Below are positions 1-9,001 of a DNA stretch of 32,000 bases, piece by piece. The notes under the pieces are model-generated. The model saw only the letters and a program-made list of their open reading frames with translations. It searched no databases and was not told the DNA's origin. Position numbers and translations under genes: made by a program. The stretch's first letter is position 1. Each line of letters begins with the position of its first letter. Source of the DNA: Nitrosarchaeum sp. (GTDB lineage: Archaea; Thermoproteota; Nitrososphaeria; Nitrososphaerales; Nitrosopumilaceae); contig NSIR01000003.1 in the NCBI GenBank assembly GCA_002737445.1, positions 32,719 to 64,718 of the forward strand, read 5' to 3'.

Positions 1-461
1 ACTTTGGTATCTGAAATTGTTGAACGACCGTCATGGAATCCTATTTGCATTTTTCCATTACTAATTGTTGTTTTACTTGTTACTCTAACTAATTTTTTTG
101 CCTTTTCAGATTCTTTAATTTGTAATGGTTTTAGTAATTTTCCTTCCATTGGAACTAGACGATATATTTCTGGAACATTTTCTAATTCGACTACATCCAT
201 TAATCCAATTGCATGGTGAAGTGATTTTCTAACAACACCATCAACTTTGACTTTACCTGTGTAAATTGTGGCTTTAGCTTCTCTTAATGTGGTTACAATT
301 TTTAGTACGTCTCTTAGAAATACAGCAGTTGGCACTGAATACTCTTTTTTATGTGGGCCTGGTCTAACTGTAATTACAAATCGCTTTTCTTTTCTACCAA
401 TTCCCCAAAACTGTGGGGCCATTTGTCTTTTGAGTTTTTTACTTCCAGATATGCTTACCAT
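1..461 (-). CDS. rps4e: 30S ribosomal protein S4e (partial; 3' end runs off the window)
   Basis: My reverse-strand translation from ATG 461-459 reads [77 protein letters not shown]..., typical of S4e. The start overlaps the L24 stop by 1 nt (TAATG). It sits in the canonical position after L24. The plus-strand track ORFs here are antisense shadows. Confidence 0.85.
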   Translation of the reverse strand, partial: MVSISGSKKLKRQMAPQFWGIGRKEKRFVITVRPGPHKKEYSVPTAVFLRDVLKIVTTLREAKATIYTGKVKVDGVVRKSLHHAIGLMDVVELENVPEIYRLVPMEGKLLKPLQIKESEKAKKLVRVTSKTTISNGKMQIGFHDGRSTISDTK

Positions 462-976
462 TATTTTTTAACTTCCTTTTTTGAATTTTTTGTTACTTTT
501 GTTTGTTTAGTCATGTTTTGTTTTTTTGCTACTTTTTCAGTGACTATTTTTGGTTTTTCATTGACTTTAACTGCTTTTTTTACGACTGCAACTGGTTTTT
601 CAATAACAACTTTGGGTTTTTGAATTTGCTTTTTACCTTCTAATTTTGTAATTCTCCATTTATCTTCTGTATTTAGTGCTGTAACTAGAAGATTTGAGGT
701 ATGAATGTAAACATCAAATTTTTCACCTTTTGTCTTTTCTTTTTTTACACCTTCAACTGCAACAGCATTTTTCTTTGTTGATATTATTGTAATTTTACCG
801 TCTATGCCTTTGAATTCCCCTCTTACAATTTTTATTGTATCTCCTTCAACAACTCTGATACTTTTTTTACCGTATTTTTTTCGAAGTTCTTTGGATAATT
901 GACTTCCTAACTGTTTACTTTTTGTATGGAAAGTTGCCTGATAAATTTGCCTATTACGCATTTTTGTTGGTTTCAT
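461..976 (-). CDS. rpl24: 50S ribosomal protein L24 (uL24) with a long Lys-rich C-terminal tail
   Basis: KOW-type core ([21 protein letters not shown]) and a position between L14 and S4e. ATG start at 976. Confidence 0.9.
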   Translation of the reverse strand: MKPTKMRNRQIYQATFHTKSKQLGSQLSKELRKKYGKKSIRVVEGDTIKIVRGEFKGIDGKITIISTKKNAVAVEGVKKEKTKGEKFDVYIHTSNLLVTALNTEDKWRITKLEGKKQIQKPKVVIEKPVAVVKKAVKVNEKPKIVTEKVAKKQNMTKQTKVTKNSKKEVKK

Positions 977-977
977 T

Positions 978-1400
978 TTAAATCACCATTGATGCCAAAT
1001 TAGCTACTCTTGGCCATTTTTCTGAAGCTTCAGCTGCAACTGGTCCTTTAATGTCAGTTCCTTTTACTTCTCCTTCCGGAGTAATCAAAACTGCAGCATT
1101 ATCTTCAAAGCACACTCTGACGCCGTTTAATCTTCTAACTGCATATTTTTGTCTAATTATTACTGCACCATACACTTGTTTTCTTAATTCAGCTGGACCT
1201 TTTTTTACAACTACATTACAAAAATCACCTACAGCTGCAGCAGGTAATCTAGCGTGTCTTGTTTTGTGTCTTTGTACCATTACAATTTCTAAAATTTTTG
1301 CACCTGTGTTATCTGCACATACTACTCGTGCACCAACAGGAATTGCTCTTGTAACGTAAGGACGGAATTCTGATACTCCTTTACCTGCTTGTTTTGCCAT
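978..1400 (-). CDS. rpl14: 50S ribosomal protein L14 (uL14)
   Basis: Sequence [19 protein letters not shown]...[28 protein letters not shown] is classic uL14. It lies at the expected cluster position. Confidence 0.95.
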   Translation of the reverse strand: MAKQAGKGVSEFRPYVTRAIPVGARVVCADNTGAKILEIVMVQRHKTRHARLPAAAVGDFCNVVVKKGPAELRKQVYGAVIIRQKYAVRRLNGVRVCFEDNAAVLITPEGEVKGTDIKGPVAAEASEKWPRVANLASMVI

Positions 1401-1723
1401 TATGCTTTAACCTCAACTACTACATATGATACTGATTTTGAAATTGGTCTGCATTCTGCAGTTAATACCTCATTACCTGTTTCAACATCCATACATTCAG
1501 GTACATGTGCATGAATTGTATTTTTACTTCTTGCATATCTTTTGAATTTTATATAATAAATTGGAGATTCCTTTTGTAATGTGATTGTTTGTTTTGATTT
1601 GTTGCTTGTAACTTTACCGCCAAACAATTTACCTCTAATTGATAAACTACCATGAAATGGACAATGAATATCTGAACATTCTCTAGTTGGTGCTTTTACT
1701 TTTAATCCAATGTTTAGTGTCAA
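1400..1723 (-). CDS. rps17: 30S ribosomal protein S17 (uS17)
   Basis: CSDIHCPFHGSLSIRGKLFGGKVTS matches the archaeal S17 N-terminus. The apparent start is TTG in a TTGA overlap with the Rpp29 stop. The stop overlaps the L14 ATG (TAATG). Confidence 0.9.
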   Translation of the reverse strand: MTLNIGLKVKAPTRECSDIHCPFHGSLSIRGKLFGGKVTSNKSKQTITLQKESPIYYIKFKRYARSKNTIHAHVPECMDVETGNEVLTAECRPISKSVSYVVVEVKA

Positions 1724-1986
1724 GCCCTTCCTCCTATTCTATCAAATGATCTTTTTGCAATTGATGAACCATTTACAATAATTTCTTTGTTATCGATTGA
1801 AAATTTCCAACTATTGTGTAATTTTTCAATCATTTTACTCCCATTTTTAGTTTTCATAATGATCATTGATTTTGTTTCGTCAGTTATTGTTCCATTTAAT
1901 CCTATGAATTGTGAATTTGTTGATTCTACGATCTCAGTGCGTAATCCAATTAATTCATGTGATGTGATATTCTCTGCTGTAATCAT
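1720..1986 (-). CDS. rnp1: RNase P protein component 1 (Rpp29/Pop4 family)
   Basis: It is 88 aa and sits between L29 and S17, where archaea encode Rpp29. The sequence is Sm-like (ELIGLRTEIVESTNSQFIGLNGTITDETKSMIIMKT). ATGA overlap with L29. Confidence 0.8.
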   Translation of the reverse strand: MITAENITSHELIGLRTEIVESTNSQFIGLNGTITDETKSMIIMKTKNGSKMIEKLHNSWKFSIDNKEIIVNGSSIAKRSFDRIGGRA

Positions 1987-2186
1987 TTTACTTTCATCTC
2001 ATTTAATCTGGTCATCATTCTTGCAATGTCATGTCTGAGAGGCTTTAATTTTCCACTTTCTTTTCTTAATGTTCCTTTTGATCCATCGACTCTTAATTTT
2101 GCAAGTTCACTTCTTGTTTCTTGAATTTTCTCTTTAAGATCTTTCTCGTTAAACGCTCGTATTGTTTTCATGCTAAAGCGAGCCAT
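1983..2186 (-). CDS. rpl29: 50S ribosomal protein L29 (uL29)
   Basis: A 67-aa helical protein (LKEKIQETRSELAKLRVDGSKG) in the canonical position after S3. Confidence 0.85.
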   Translation of the reverse strand: MARFSMKTIRAFNEKDLKEKIQETRSELAKLRVDGSKGTLRKESGKLKPLRHDIARMMTRLNEMKVK

Positions 2187-2941
2187 TACAGTAACTTTGC
2201 CTCTTCCTCTTCTAATGTTTCAAGTTCTTTCATTTTTTCTTCTTCAATTACAATTTGTTCAGATTCAGTTCTTGCTTTACGTTCACCTTCTGTCTCGTCT
2301 CTCATCTTTCCTGTATCCGTATCTTTGATTTGTTTTAGTTTCTTTGTTTTTTGAGTCTTAAATTCAAATTCTGGAATTAATTTTTCAGTTCGTGCAATTC
2401 GTATTCTGATTCCAATTAATCCCATGGCTGTTCTTACATGTACAATATCTTCATCTACAATTACTTCTGCATGGTGTCCTGCCCTAGGTAGAATTCCTGC
2501 TGCATGTTTTTCAAATGCAGAACGATCTCCTCGTAATTTACCTGAAATTGTAATTTGTACCCCCATTGCACCGTTTTCCATAATTTGCTTTAATGTCCAC
2601 ATTGTAGCTCGTCTAAATGCTGTACCGCGTTCCAAATGTGATGCCATTCTATTGCACATTACACTTGGTGAAAGTTCCGGTTTGGCAATTTCTTCAACTG
2701 CTATCTGTGGATTTTTTAATTTAAATTCTGATGCAAGTTTTTCTGTCAACTCTCTAATTCCAGTGCCTTTTCTTCCAATGACAATACCTGGACGTGTTAC
2801 ATGAAGTACAACTCTTGTTCCAGTTGGTGTTTTTGAAATCTCTGCATGTGAAAATCCTGCATCTTTGATTGCAACTCTGAGATAATCTTTGAGAAGCATC
2901 ATGTTGTAGTTATCTTTGATTACGTTTTTGACTGCAGACAT
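2186..2941 (-). CDS. rps3: 30S ribosomal protein S3 (uS3) with a charged C-terminal tail
   Basis: KH-domain core ([25 protein letters not shown]) and [15 protein letters not shown]. Canonical position. Confidence 0.95.
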   Translation of the reverse strand: MSAVKNVIKDNYNMMLLKDYLRVAIKDAGFSHAEISKTPTGTRVVLHVTRPGIVIGRKGTGIRELTEKLASEFKLKNPQIAVEEIAKPELSPSVMCNRMASHLERGTAFRRATMWTLKQIMENGAMGVQITISGKLRGDRSAFEKHAAGILPRAGHHAEVIVDEDIVHVRTAMGLIGIRIRIARTEKLIPEFEFKTQKTKKLKQIKDTDTGKMRDETEGERKARTESEQIVIEEEKMKELETLEEEEAKLL

Positions 2942-2942
2942 G

Positions 2943-3410
2943 TTATACCTCTTGTGCCACCAATTCTACATGTGTCAATACATTATTTTTTGGAGTTGCA
3001 CTACCCATTGCTCTTGGAATAAATCTCTTTACAATAACTCCTTTGTGCACTGTAGCGTTTATGATTTTTAATCTATCTAAATCCATTCCTTTGTATTCTG
3101 CATTTGATTCCAAGTTATCCAATACTTTGATAAATTCTCTAACTGTTTTTTGTGGATAACGACCAGACATCATTCCAGGATCTGATCTATGTCCAACTTG
3201 ATTGTTGAATCTTTTGAATGGAATTGCTCTTTCTTTTTTGATTACTGCTTGCAAGTAATCTCTTGCTTTTTCAATCGATAATCCCTTTATTGAAAGTGCT
3301 ACTTCACGTGCATGTTTGTGTGAAATTCCTTTTTCTCTCATTGATGAACGAACATGCTTTGTTGCGTCAAAATTTTGAAATGCGTATTTGAATCTGCTCA
3401 TAATAATCAC
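2943..3410 (-). CDS. rpl22: 50S ribosomal protein L22 (uL22)
   Basis: [28 protein letters not shown] and the cluster position. The track start at 3410 is GTG (GTGA overlap with the S19 stop). An ATG at 3401 (MSRFKYAF...) is an equally plausible start. Confidence 0.9.
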   Translation of the reverse strand: MIIMSRFKYAFQNFDATKHVRSSMREKGISHKHAREVALSIKGLSIEKARDYLQAVIKKERAIPFKRFNNQVGHRSDPGMMSGRYPQKTVREFIKVLDNLESNAEYKGMDLDRLKIINATVHKGVIVKRFIPRAMGSATPKNNVLTHVELVAQEV

Positions 3411-3802
3411 TTTAGAGGTACGTAGAGACTGGATCTTGATGCTCCGACACCTGGGGCACCGTGTGAAACTCTCTTATTCGTAATTACATATTCGCCCAAA
3501 TAATGACCAATCATTTCAGTTTTTAATAAAACTGGAATGAATTCCTTACCTGAGAAAACATTGACTGTGACATCTACCATATATGGTAAAATAATTAAAT
3601 CTCTAGAATGAGTTTTTATTGGATTTTTTATTTTTCCTGCTTTTGCTGATTTTATTTCCTCGATCAATTTTCTTTTGTCATCTGTAATTCCTCGTGTAAG
3701 TGATCGTCTTTGTCTTGAATTAAATATTTGAAATAACTTATCTAATGACATATTATCTAGTGCTTCTCTTTGTAATCCACGATATAGAAATTCTTTGACC
3801 AT
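3407..3802 (-). CDS. rps19: 30S ribosomal protein S19 (uS19)
   Basis: GKEFIPVLLKTEMIGHYLGEYVITNKRVSHGAPGVGASRSS is typical of archaeal S19. ATG start at 3802. Confidence 0.9.
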   Translation of the reverse strand: MVKEFLYRGLQREALDNMSLDKLFQIFNSRQRRSLTRGITDDKRKLIEEIKSAKAGKIKNPIKTHSRDLIILPYMVDVTVNVFSGKEFIPVLLKTEMIGHYLGEYVITNKRVSHGAPGVGASRSSLYVPLK

Positions 3803-3846
3803 CTTATTTTTCCTCTGTTAGTATTTGTAAAGTTTTATTATCCATA

Positions 3847-4113
3847 TTAGAGCATTCCTATCTTTGTCGCTAAATCTCTTGCTTTTTCTGTTGTTTCAAA
3901 TTTAACAAATGCCTTTTTACCATAAATTGTTCTTGCAGTGTTTACATTGATTACTTTTTGATTGTATAGTGTAACTACAGCTTCTATTATTTCCGGTTTA
4001 CTTGCTGATCTATCTACAATAAAACAAATCTTGCTTTCATTTTCGATCATACTAAATGTCTTTTCAGTGATATATGGCTTCAAAATGATTTTACTTGCTT
4101 GTTCTACATTCAT
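3847..4113 (-). CDS. rpl23: 50S ribosomal protein L23 (uL23)
   Basis: ILKPYITEKTFSMIENESKICFIVDRSASKPEI...KKAFVKF matches the L23 pattern. ATGA-type overlap with L4. Confidence 0.9.
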   Translation of the reverse strand: MNVEQASKIILKPYITEKTFSMIENESKICFIVDRSASKPEIIEAVVTLYNQKVINVNTARTIYGKKAFVKFETTEKARDLATKIGML

Positions 4114-4922
4114 TTTATTTTCACCATTAATTCTAAATGTGCTGATTTAATTTTTGCAATTTCCTCAATTGCAGATTTTGTATATACTGTTAATCTAATT
4201 GGATCAGAGCCAGGTGCTAAATCTAAAACACTCAAATCTTTTGCAGCCCTTACTTCTACTCCTGGTAAAGCGCCACATGCTTTGCTTATTTTTGATATGT
4301 CTTTTGTGACAAATAATACGCTTTTTCCAACTTTTTTACTTCTTCCTCTAAGTGAAGCTTTTCCTGTACGTGGTTTTCTATCTCGTAATCTATCTACATC
4401 TTTCATTAGTTTTAGATCTTCTAAAACTTTGGAAATTTGTGATGCTTTTGAAATAGATTCTAAATCATTTGATACTATTATTGGGAATGACATTACCTCT
4501 TCTACTTTGTGACCTCTTGATTGTACTAAATCTTTTGAGGCTGTTGCAGCTATTGCTGAACACAATGCCAATTTATTTTCTTTTTTATTTAATTTTTTGA
4601 AAATTATTCTATCTACATTTGGAGGATGAGCTTGTCTGCCTCCTCGAACTGAAGCAACACCACCAGCTTGACCTTGTCTTCCACCACCACCACCTTTCAT
4701 TTTTGCAATACGTGCGGTGTGTTGTCCAGTTGGTGGATCATTTGATCTTGCTACAACGTCCATGCCTGCAGTAGGATGTCTTCCTTGTCTTTGGAATTTA
4801 TGTGAAGTTAAATTTGTAAATGCTTTATGAATTAGTTCTGCTCTGAATGGAGTTGAAAATATCAATGGTAATTCCATTTCACCGTCTTTAGTTCCTGTTA
4901 TTGTGTATGTTGTTGTTTTCAT
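4110..4922 (-). CDS. rpl4: 50S ribosomal protein L4 (uL4)
   Basis: Gly-rich loop GGGGGRQGQAGGVASVRGGRQAHPP and a position between L3 and L23. Confidence 0.9.
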   Translation of the reverse strand: MKTTTYTITGTKDGEMELPLIFSTPFRAELIHKAFTNLTSHKFQRQGRHPTAGMDVVARSNDPPTGQHTARIAKMKGGGGGRQGQAGGVASVRGGRQAHPPNVDRIIFKKLNKKENKLALCSAIAATASKDLVQSRGHKVEEVMSFPIIVSNDLESISKASQISKVLEDLKLMKDVDRLRDRKPRTGKASLRGRSKKVGKSVLFVTKDISKISKACGALPGVEVRAAKDLSVLDLAPGSDPIRLTVYTKSAIEEIAKIKSAHLELMVKIK

Positions 4923-5914
4923 TATACAACTACCTCTAAAATATTTGGTTTTGTAATTTTTGCCGGTGCATTTCTAATTTGACTTCTTAATTTGATTAAT
5001 CTTCTATATGTTCCTGGTACTGAGCCTTTAAGAATAATGAAATCCCCTTTCACTAAACCAAAATGCTTGTATCCTCCGTCTGGATTTATTTTTATTTGAT
5101 TAGTTTCAGTATTACCCATCATCATAATTCTTTTATCGTATTCTGTTCTCTGGTGGAATCCCATTTGTCCTGCTCTAGGAACTGAATACATGACACTTGC
5201 TGGTGAAATTGGACCTAATGTTGCAACTTGTCTAACTGTTTTTCTTGATTTGTGTTGTTTCTTTTTTACGCCAAATCTTTTAATGACACCTTGTACACCT
5301 TTGCCTTTTGTAATTGCTGCAACATCTATTGTTGCACCTGTTTCAAAAATCTGATCAATTTTAATTTCTTTACCTAGTAATTCTTTTACGTGTGCAAATT
5401 GTTTCTTTACATCTCCGCCACTTACTAGTGCTTCAAAGACATATGGTTTTTTTTGCTCTAATCCTGCAGATCGTGGAGAAACTGCAACTATTGCAAAAAT
5501 TTCTTTAACTCTACCTAGTATTTTTTCTGCATTTTCAAGTGCCCCTTCTTTATTTTTAAAACTAATTTCTTTTGCAATATTTTTTGGAAATTCATTTGCA
5601 TACACATCAAATTCTGCATGTAATCCATAATGATCTTTTGAATAACCTCTAATTCCCAATATTGAAACTGGCGGAGTAACTAAAACTGTTCCAAGACTTA
5701 CAAGTTGTTTTCCGGCGTTTGGAGTTTTTTCACGATCGTCTATGGTAACTAATTGGACACAACCTGCTTTGAATCCACAATGGGCTAAAATTTTTGGTTG
5801 ATCTGAATCATTTTTTGGCCATGTTCTAATTCTGGCTTCCATACTTTTGGCACGTACTCTAGGATAGTATGCTGCACTTCCTCTACGTGGTTGAGCGTAT
5901 TTTCTATGACCCAT
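4922..5914 (-). CDS. rpl3: 50S ribosomal protein L3 (uL3)
   Basis: MGHRKYAQPRRGSAAYYPRVRA..., ITKGKGVQGVIKRFGVKKKQHKS is classic archaeal L3. It is the first gene of the cluster. Confidence 0.95.
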   Translation of the reverse strand: MGHRKYAQPRRGSAAYYPRVRAKSMEARIRTWPKNDSDQPKILAHCGFKAGCVQLVTIDDREKTPNAGKQLVSLGTVLVTPPVSILGIRGYSKDHYGLHAEFDVYANEFPKNIAKEISFKNKEGALENAEKILGRVKEIFAIVAVSPRSAGLEQKKPYVFEALVSGGDVKKQFAHVKELLGKEIKIDQIFETGATIDVAAITKGKGVQGVIKRFGVKKKQHKSRKTVRQVATLGPISPASVMYSVPRAGQMGFHQRTEYDKRIMMMGNTETNQIKINPDGGYKHFGLVKGDFIILKGSVPGTYRRLIKLRSQIRNAPAKITKPNILEVVV

Positions 5915-6002
5915 GGATATTTCAAATCCTTTCCAACCGTGTAATAAACCATGTGAGATATGGTTAACCCATGAAAATTATTTGGTTAACGAACTATTTC
6001 AA

Positions 6003-6119
6003 TTAGATTCCTGGAACTAGTAAATTATTTGCAAAATTCCAAATAGATATTCCACCAATAATTATTCCAGCTAAACCTAAAATCATTGCCAAAATTAGAA
6101 AATTTCTTTTTTCAACCAT
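6003..6119 (-). CDS. possible 38-aa single-pass membrane micro-protein
   Basis: Manual translation from ATG 6119 to TAA 6005-6003 gives MVEKRNFLILAMILGLAGIIIGGISIWNFANNLLVPGI. It fills the gap between the SPOUT-like gene and rpl3 on the same strand. No homology support. Confidence 0.3.
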   Translation of the reverse strand: MVEKRNFLILAMILGLAGIIIGGISIWNFANNLLVPGI

Positions 6120-6126
6120 TTCTTGT

Positions 6127-6951
6127 CTAGCCTAATTTGTATGCGTTAATTATTGAAAGTGTTCCTAAAAGTGCTTCTTCTAAACGCACTGTATCTGTTG
6201 CTTGATTTGGAAAAAAGTTTAATGTTTTAGCATTTTGGACATTTTTCATTTTACCGCCAAGTATTTCATGAATTCCTTTTTCAGGTGAGCCAAAAACTAC
6301 CAGCAACGGTAGATCTGATGTTAGATATTTTGTCAATTGCTCTTTTGTTGCTGTTCTTCCTTTTTTTGATGTAATGATTGTATTTCCTTGCCATTCAGTT
6401 AGCAATGAAAACAAACTGGCTCTTTCTTTTACTGTGTATCCCCAATATGCTGGAGCTTCACTTTTTTGAATTTCTTTAACTGAAAAATCTGGATAACCTG
6501 TTTTGAATTGAACTGTTGCTCTTTTACCGACATTTTCTTTTCCAAAAAATGGTATGTATTCATTAATTCCTACATCTACGAATCTATTTCCTTTGATACT
6601 TATGACAACTCCTTCTCTTACATCTCCTGCAACTATTTTTTTAGGATTCGCCGGTGTTGAATGACTGGGAATTTTCAAAGGTAATAAAACACCTGCAAAT
6701 TTTAACTCGTTCATTTTTTGATACAGTCTTCTTCGTAAAAATTGTGGTGTTTCTAAATATTTTAAAATAGTTACCAGTAAACTTCCGTCTTCGCCATAGT
6801 TTCCTTCTTGATAGACATAAATTGTATCTATTTTAAAAATTGCACAAGCTCTTGCAAGAACAGATATCTTTCTAGTTTTATCTAATTTTAATGATTCATC
6901 AGATAAAGATGATTCTGGAATTGCAATAGATATTTTCAAATTAAATCCCAC
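6127..6951 (-). CDS. SPOUT-superfamily putative RNA methyltransferase (COG2106/DUF171-like)
   Basis: It is 274 aa, with C-terminal LLVVFGSPEKGIHEIL...NFFPNQATDTVRLEEALLGTLSIIN resembling the SPOUT knot region. A gene of this family typically sits just upstream of rpl3 in archaea. GTG start. The family was recognised by eye only. Confidence 0.65.
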   Translation of the reverse strand: MGFNLKISIAIPESSLSDESLKLDKTRKISVLARACAIFKIDTIYVYQEGNYGEDGSLLVTILKYLETPQFLRRRLYQKMNELKFAGVLLPLKIPSHSTPANPKKIVAGDVREGVVISIKGNRFVDVGINEYIPFFGKENVGKRATVQFKTGYPDFSVKEIQKSEAPAYWGYTVKERASLFSLLTEWQGNTIITSKKGRTATKEQLTKYLTSDLPLLVVFGSPEKGIHEILGGKMKNVQNAKTLNFFPNQATDTVRLEEALLGTLSIINAYKLG

Positions 6952-6960
6952 TAGTAATGA

Positions 6961-7698
6961 TTATTTCTTTTCGTGAGGATATTTTTCTTTAGCAGTTTTT
7001 GCATATTTTGCTATTTCATCATCAGATATCAATTCAAACAAACCTGTTTTTGATTTAATTTGTGCCATTCTGATATGACTTGTTCCTTCCTTGTCTTCAC
7101 TTGATAGATATATTGCTGCAGATGCAAGCACTGAGGCTTCATCTAAAGTTAATTCTTTTTTGTATGTTTTTTCTAAAAAGCCTGTTACCTCATCAGAACC
7201 TGAACCAATAGCAATTGCATCATATGAAATGTAAGTTCCACTTGGGTCTGTCAAGTAAAGTTGTGTGTTGTTGTTTACTACGCCCCCTAAAATTAATGAA
7301 ACTCCAAAAGGTCTAACTCCAGCATACTGTGTAAATTGTTGACATTGATCAGCTAAATGTTTTGCAATTGTTTCAACTTCAACTGCCTCATCATAAACCA
7401 TTTTGTTACTTTGAGAAAAAAATCTTGCTTTATCTACCTGGCTTCTTGCATCTGGAATGTATCCCGCAGCTGCAACCCCAACATGATCATCTATTTGAAA
7501 TATTTTTTGAGCGATATCTGTTATTTGTAATTTTCTTGGTTTTTCTTCAACTGCAATCACAATCCCCTCTTTGGATTTAACCCCGACTGCAATGGTTCCT
7601 CTTCTTACAGTCTCAATAGCATATTCAACTTGGTATAATCTACCATCTGGAGAAAATACAGTGATTGCTCTATCGTAACCTTGTTGTGCAGGAAGCAT
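6961..7698 (-). CDS. psmA: proteasome subunit alpha
   Basis: GYDRAITVFSPDGRLYQVEYAIETVRRGT is the hallmark N-terminus of the proteasome alpha subunit. 245 aa. Confidence 0.95.
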   Translation of the reverse strand: MLPAQQGYDRAITVFSPDGRLYQVEYAIETVRRGTIAVGVKSKEGIVIAVEEKPRKLQITDIAQKIFQIDDHVGVAAAGYIPDARSQVDKARFFSQSNKMVYDEAVEVETIAKHLADQCQQFTQYAGVRPFGVSLILGGVVNNNTQLYLTDPSGTYISYDAIAIGSGSDEVTGFLEKTYKKELTLDEASVLASAAIYLSSEDKEGTSHIRMAQIKSKTGLFELISDDEIAKYAKTAKEKYPHEKK

Positions 7699-7964
7699 TT
7701 AATTTCAATCTTTGAAAGTTTAATTAAAGCGTTGCTTAAATCGCAAATTCTTCAGTTAATAAAACATTTACTTAATTATTGAATAAATTTCTCATAGTTT
7801 CTATTTTGGTTGTACTTGTTCTTGGCGTATCTTTTATCTCTGTTTTAGATCTTAGGCTTGAAGATGAATATGTCTGAAATAAACATTGATGATAGTCAGA
7901 CAGGATTCATTGTTTTCAAATTTTTGCCAAGAATTAAAATATCTGAATTCATTATTTTTATATG

Positions 7965-7988
7965 ATCTCAAATATATTTATTTGAGAT
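7965..7988. repeat. perfect 10-bp inverted repeat with a 4-nt loop (atctcaaata / tatt / tatttgagat)
   Basis: Read directly: 7965-7974 is the reverse complement of 7979-7988. It lies in the roughly 600-bp psmA/DUF371 spacer. Confidence 0.7.
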
Positions 7989-8296
7989 GGAATAATTTAC
8001 TTGTTTATTTTATCTTTTGATGCAAATTTCAATTAAATTTTTTTATAATTTATAAAATATTTATCCTGATTATGCTATCTATTTACGGTAAATTGATTTT
8101 TTTATACTTTAATCTAAGACTATGATTTTGATTAGTAACATTTTCTAATTTTTAACTATTTTTTTTAAATAACTTTTATTATTTTATATGCCCACATGGG
8201 TAACTTTTATAAAAATCCTTTTTTTAACATTTGATTCATAATTAATTTAAGAATATTTCATATGCTCTTGAAAAAAGAAAATATTTTCTATATGTA

Positions 8297-8758
8297 TTGT
8301 ATGAATCAAAGTTTAATTTGCGTCAGATTATTCATTTTCCAATGAGATTTGATATTGAATTTACAGGTCATGAAAATATTCGTTCAAATCATACAAAAAC
8401 AATTGAAATTACTAAAGAATCCCATCTTACTCCAAGTGGTGATTGTATTATTGGTGTGAATGCAACTGCCAGTTGTGCTGATTTACCTGATTTATTGAAA
8501 AAAAAACTACAAAACACAAACTCCAAAGTTATATTTTCAATCAAAGTTGGACCGTATGAATTCATTGTTAATGGTATGGGCAATGAAAATCTTATTTTAA
8601 CTCATATGGAAGACATTGTGATAAGAAAAAGTGATTTTATATGTCCTCGAACATTGGCTGTAAAATGCGACAAGACATCAGATCTTATTCCAAGAGAAAT
8701 GATTTCCCTATTACAAAATCCAAAAACTAGAGGCACATTTACTATTACAGTTGAATAG
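8297..8758 (+). CDS. conserved archaeal protein, DUF371-like
   Basis: FTGHENIRSNHTKTIEITKESHLTPSGDCIIGVNA resembles the DUF371 (COG2090) signature as I recall it. The track start at 8297 is TTG. ATG 8342 (MRFDIEF...) is the more likely start. Confidence 0.55.
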   Translation: MYESKFNLRQIIHFPMRFDIEFTGHENIRSNHTKTIEITKESHLTPSGDCIIGVNATASCADLPDLLKKKLQNTNSKVIFSIKVGPYEFIVNGMGNENLILTHMEDIVIRKSDFICPRTLAVKCDKTSDLIPREMISLLQNPKTRGTFTITVE

Positions 8759-8796
8759 ATCTCTTGAATTTTATATGAATAATACTACTCAACAAT

Positions 8797-8919
8797 ATGG
8801 GTTTGAAGACAAAAATTTTCATTTTAGTTCCGTTGATTCTCTTTGGTGTATTTATTTTTGGATTTGGAATGTATATGGATATTTGTAAAAATTCAAGCTT
8901 AAAAATCATCGACTGTTAA
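8797..8919 (+). CDS. possible 40-aa single-pass membrane micro-protein
   Basis: Manual translation gives MGLKTKIFILVPLILFGVFIFGFGMYMDICKNSSLKIIDC, starting 39 nt after the DUF371-like stop. No homology support. Confidence 0.25.
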   Translation: MGLKTKIFILVPLILFGVFIFGFGMYMDICKNSSLKIIDC

Positions 8920-9001
8920 TGCTGAAATTATGATTTCTTTAGATTTTTTTCTGTTTTAGTTAAATCTGATTCAGCAAGAATTTCTTAAACTATTATCTTT
9001 A

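Noticed and set aside
1-623. Plus-strand track ORFs 4-219, 268-471 and 351-623.
   Set aside because: They lie antisense to clearly recognisable rps4e and rpl24 coding sequence and have low-complexity Phe/Leu/Ser-rich products typical of shadow frames.
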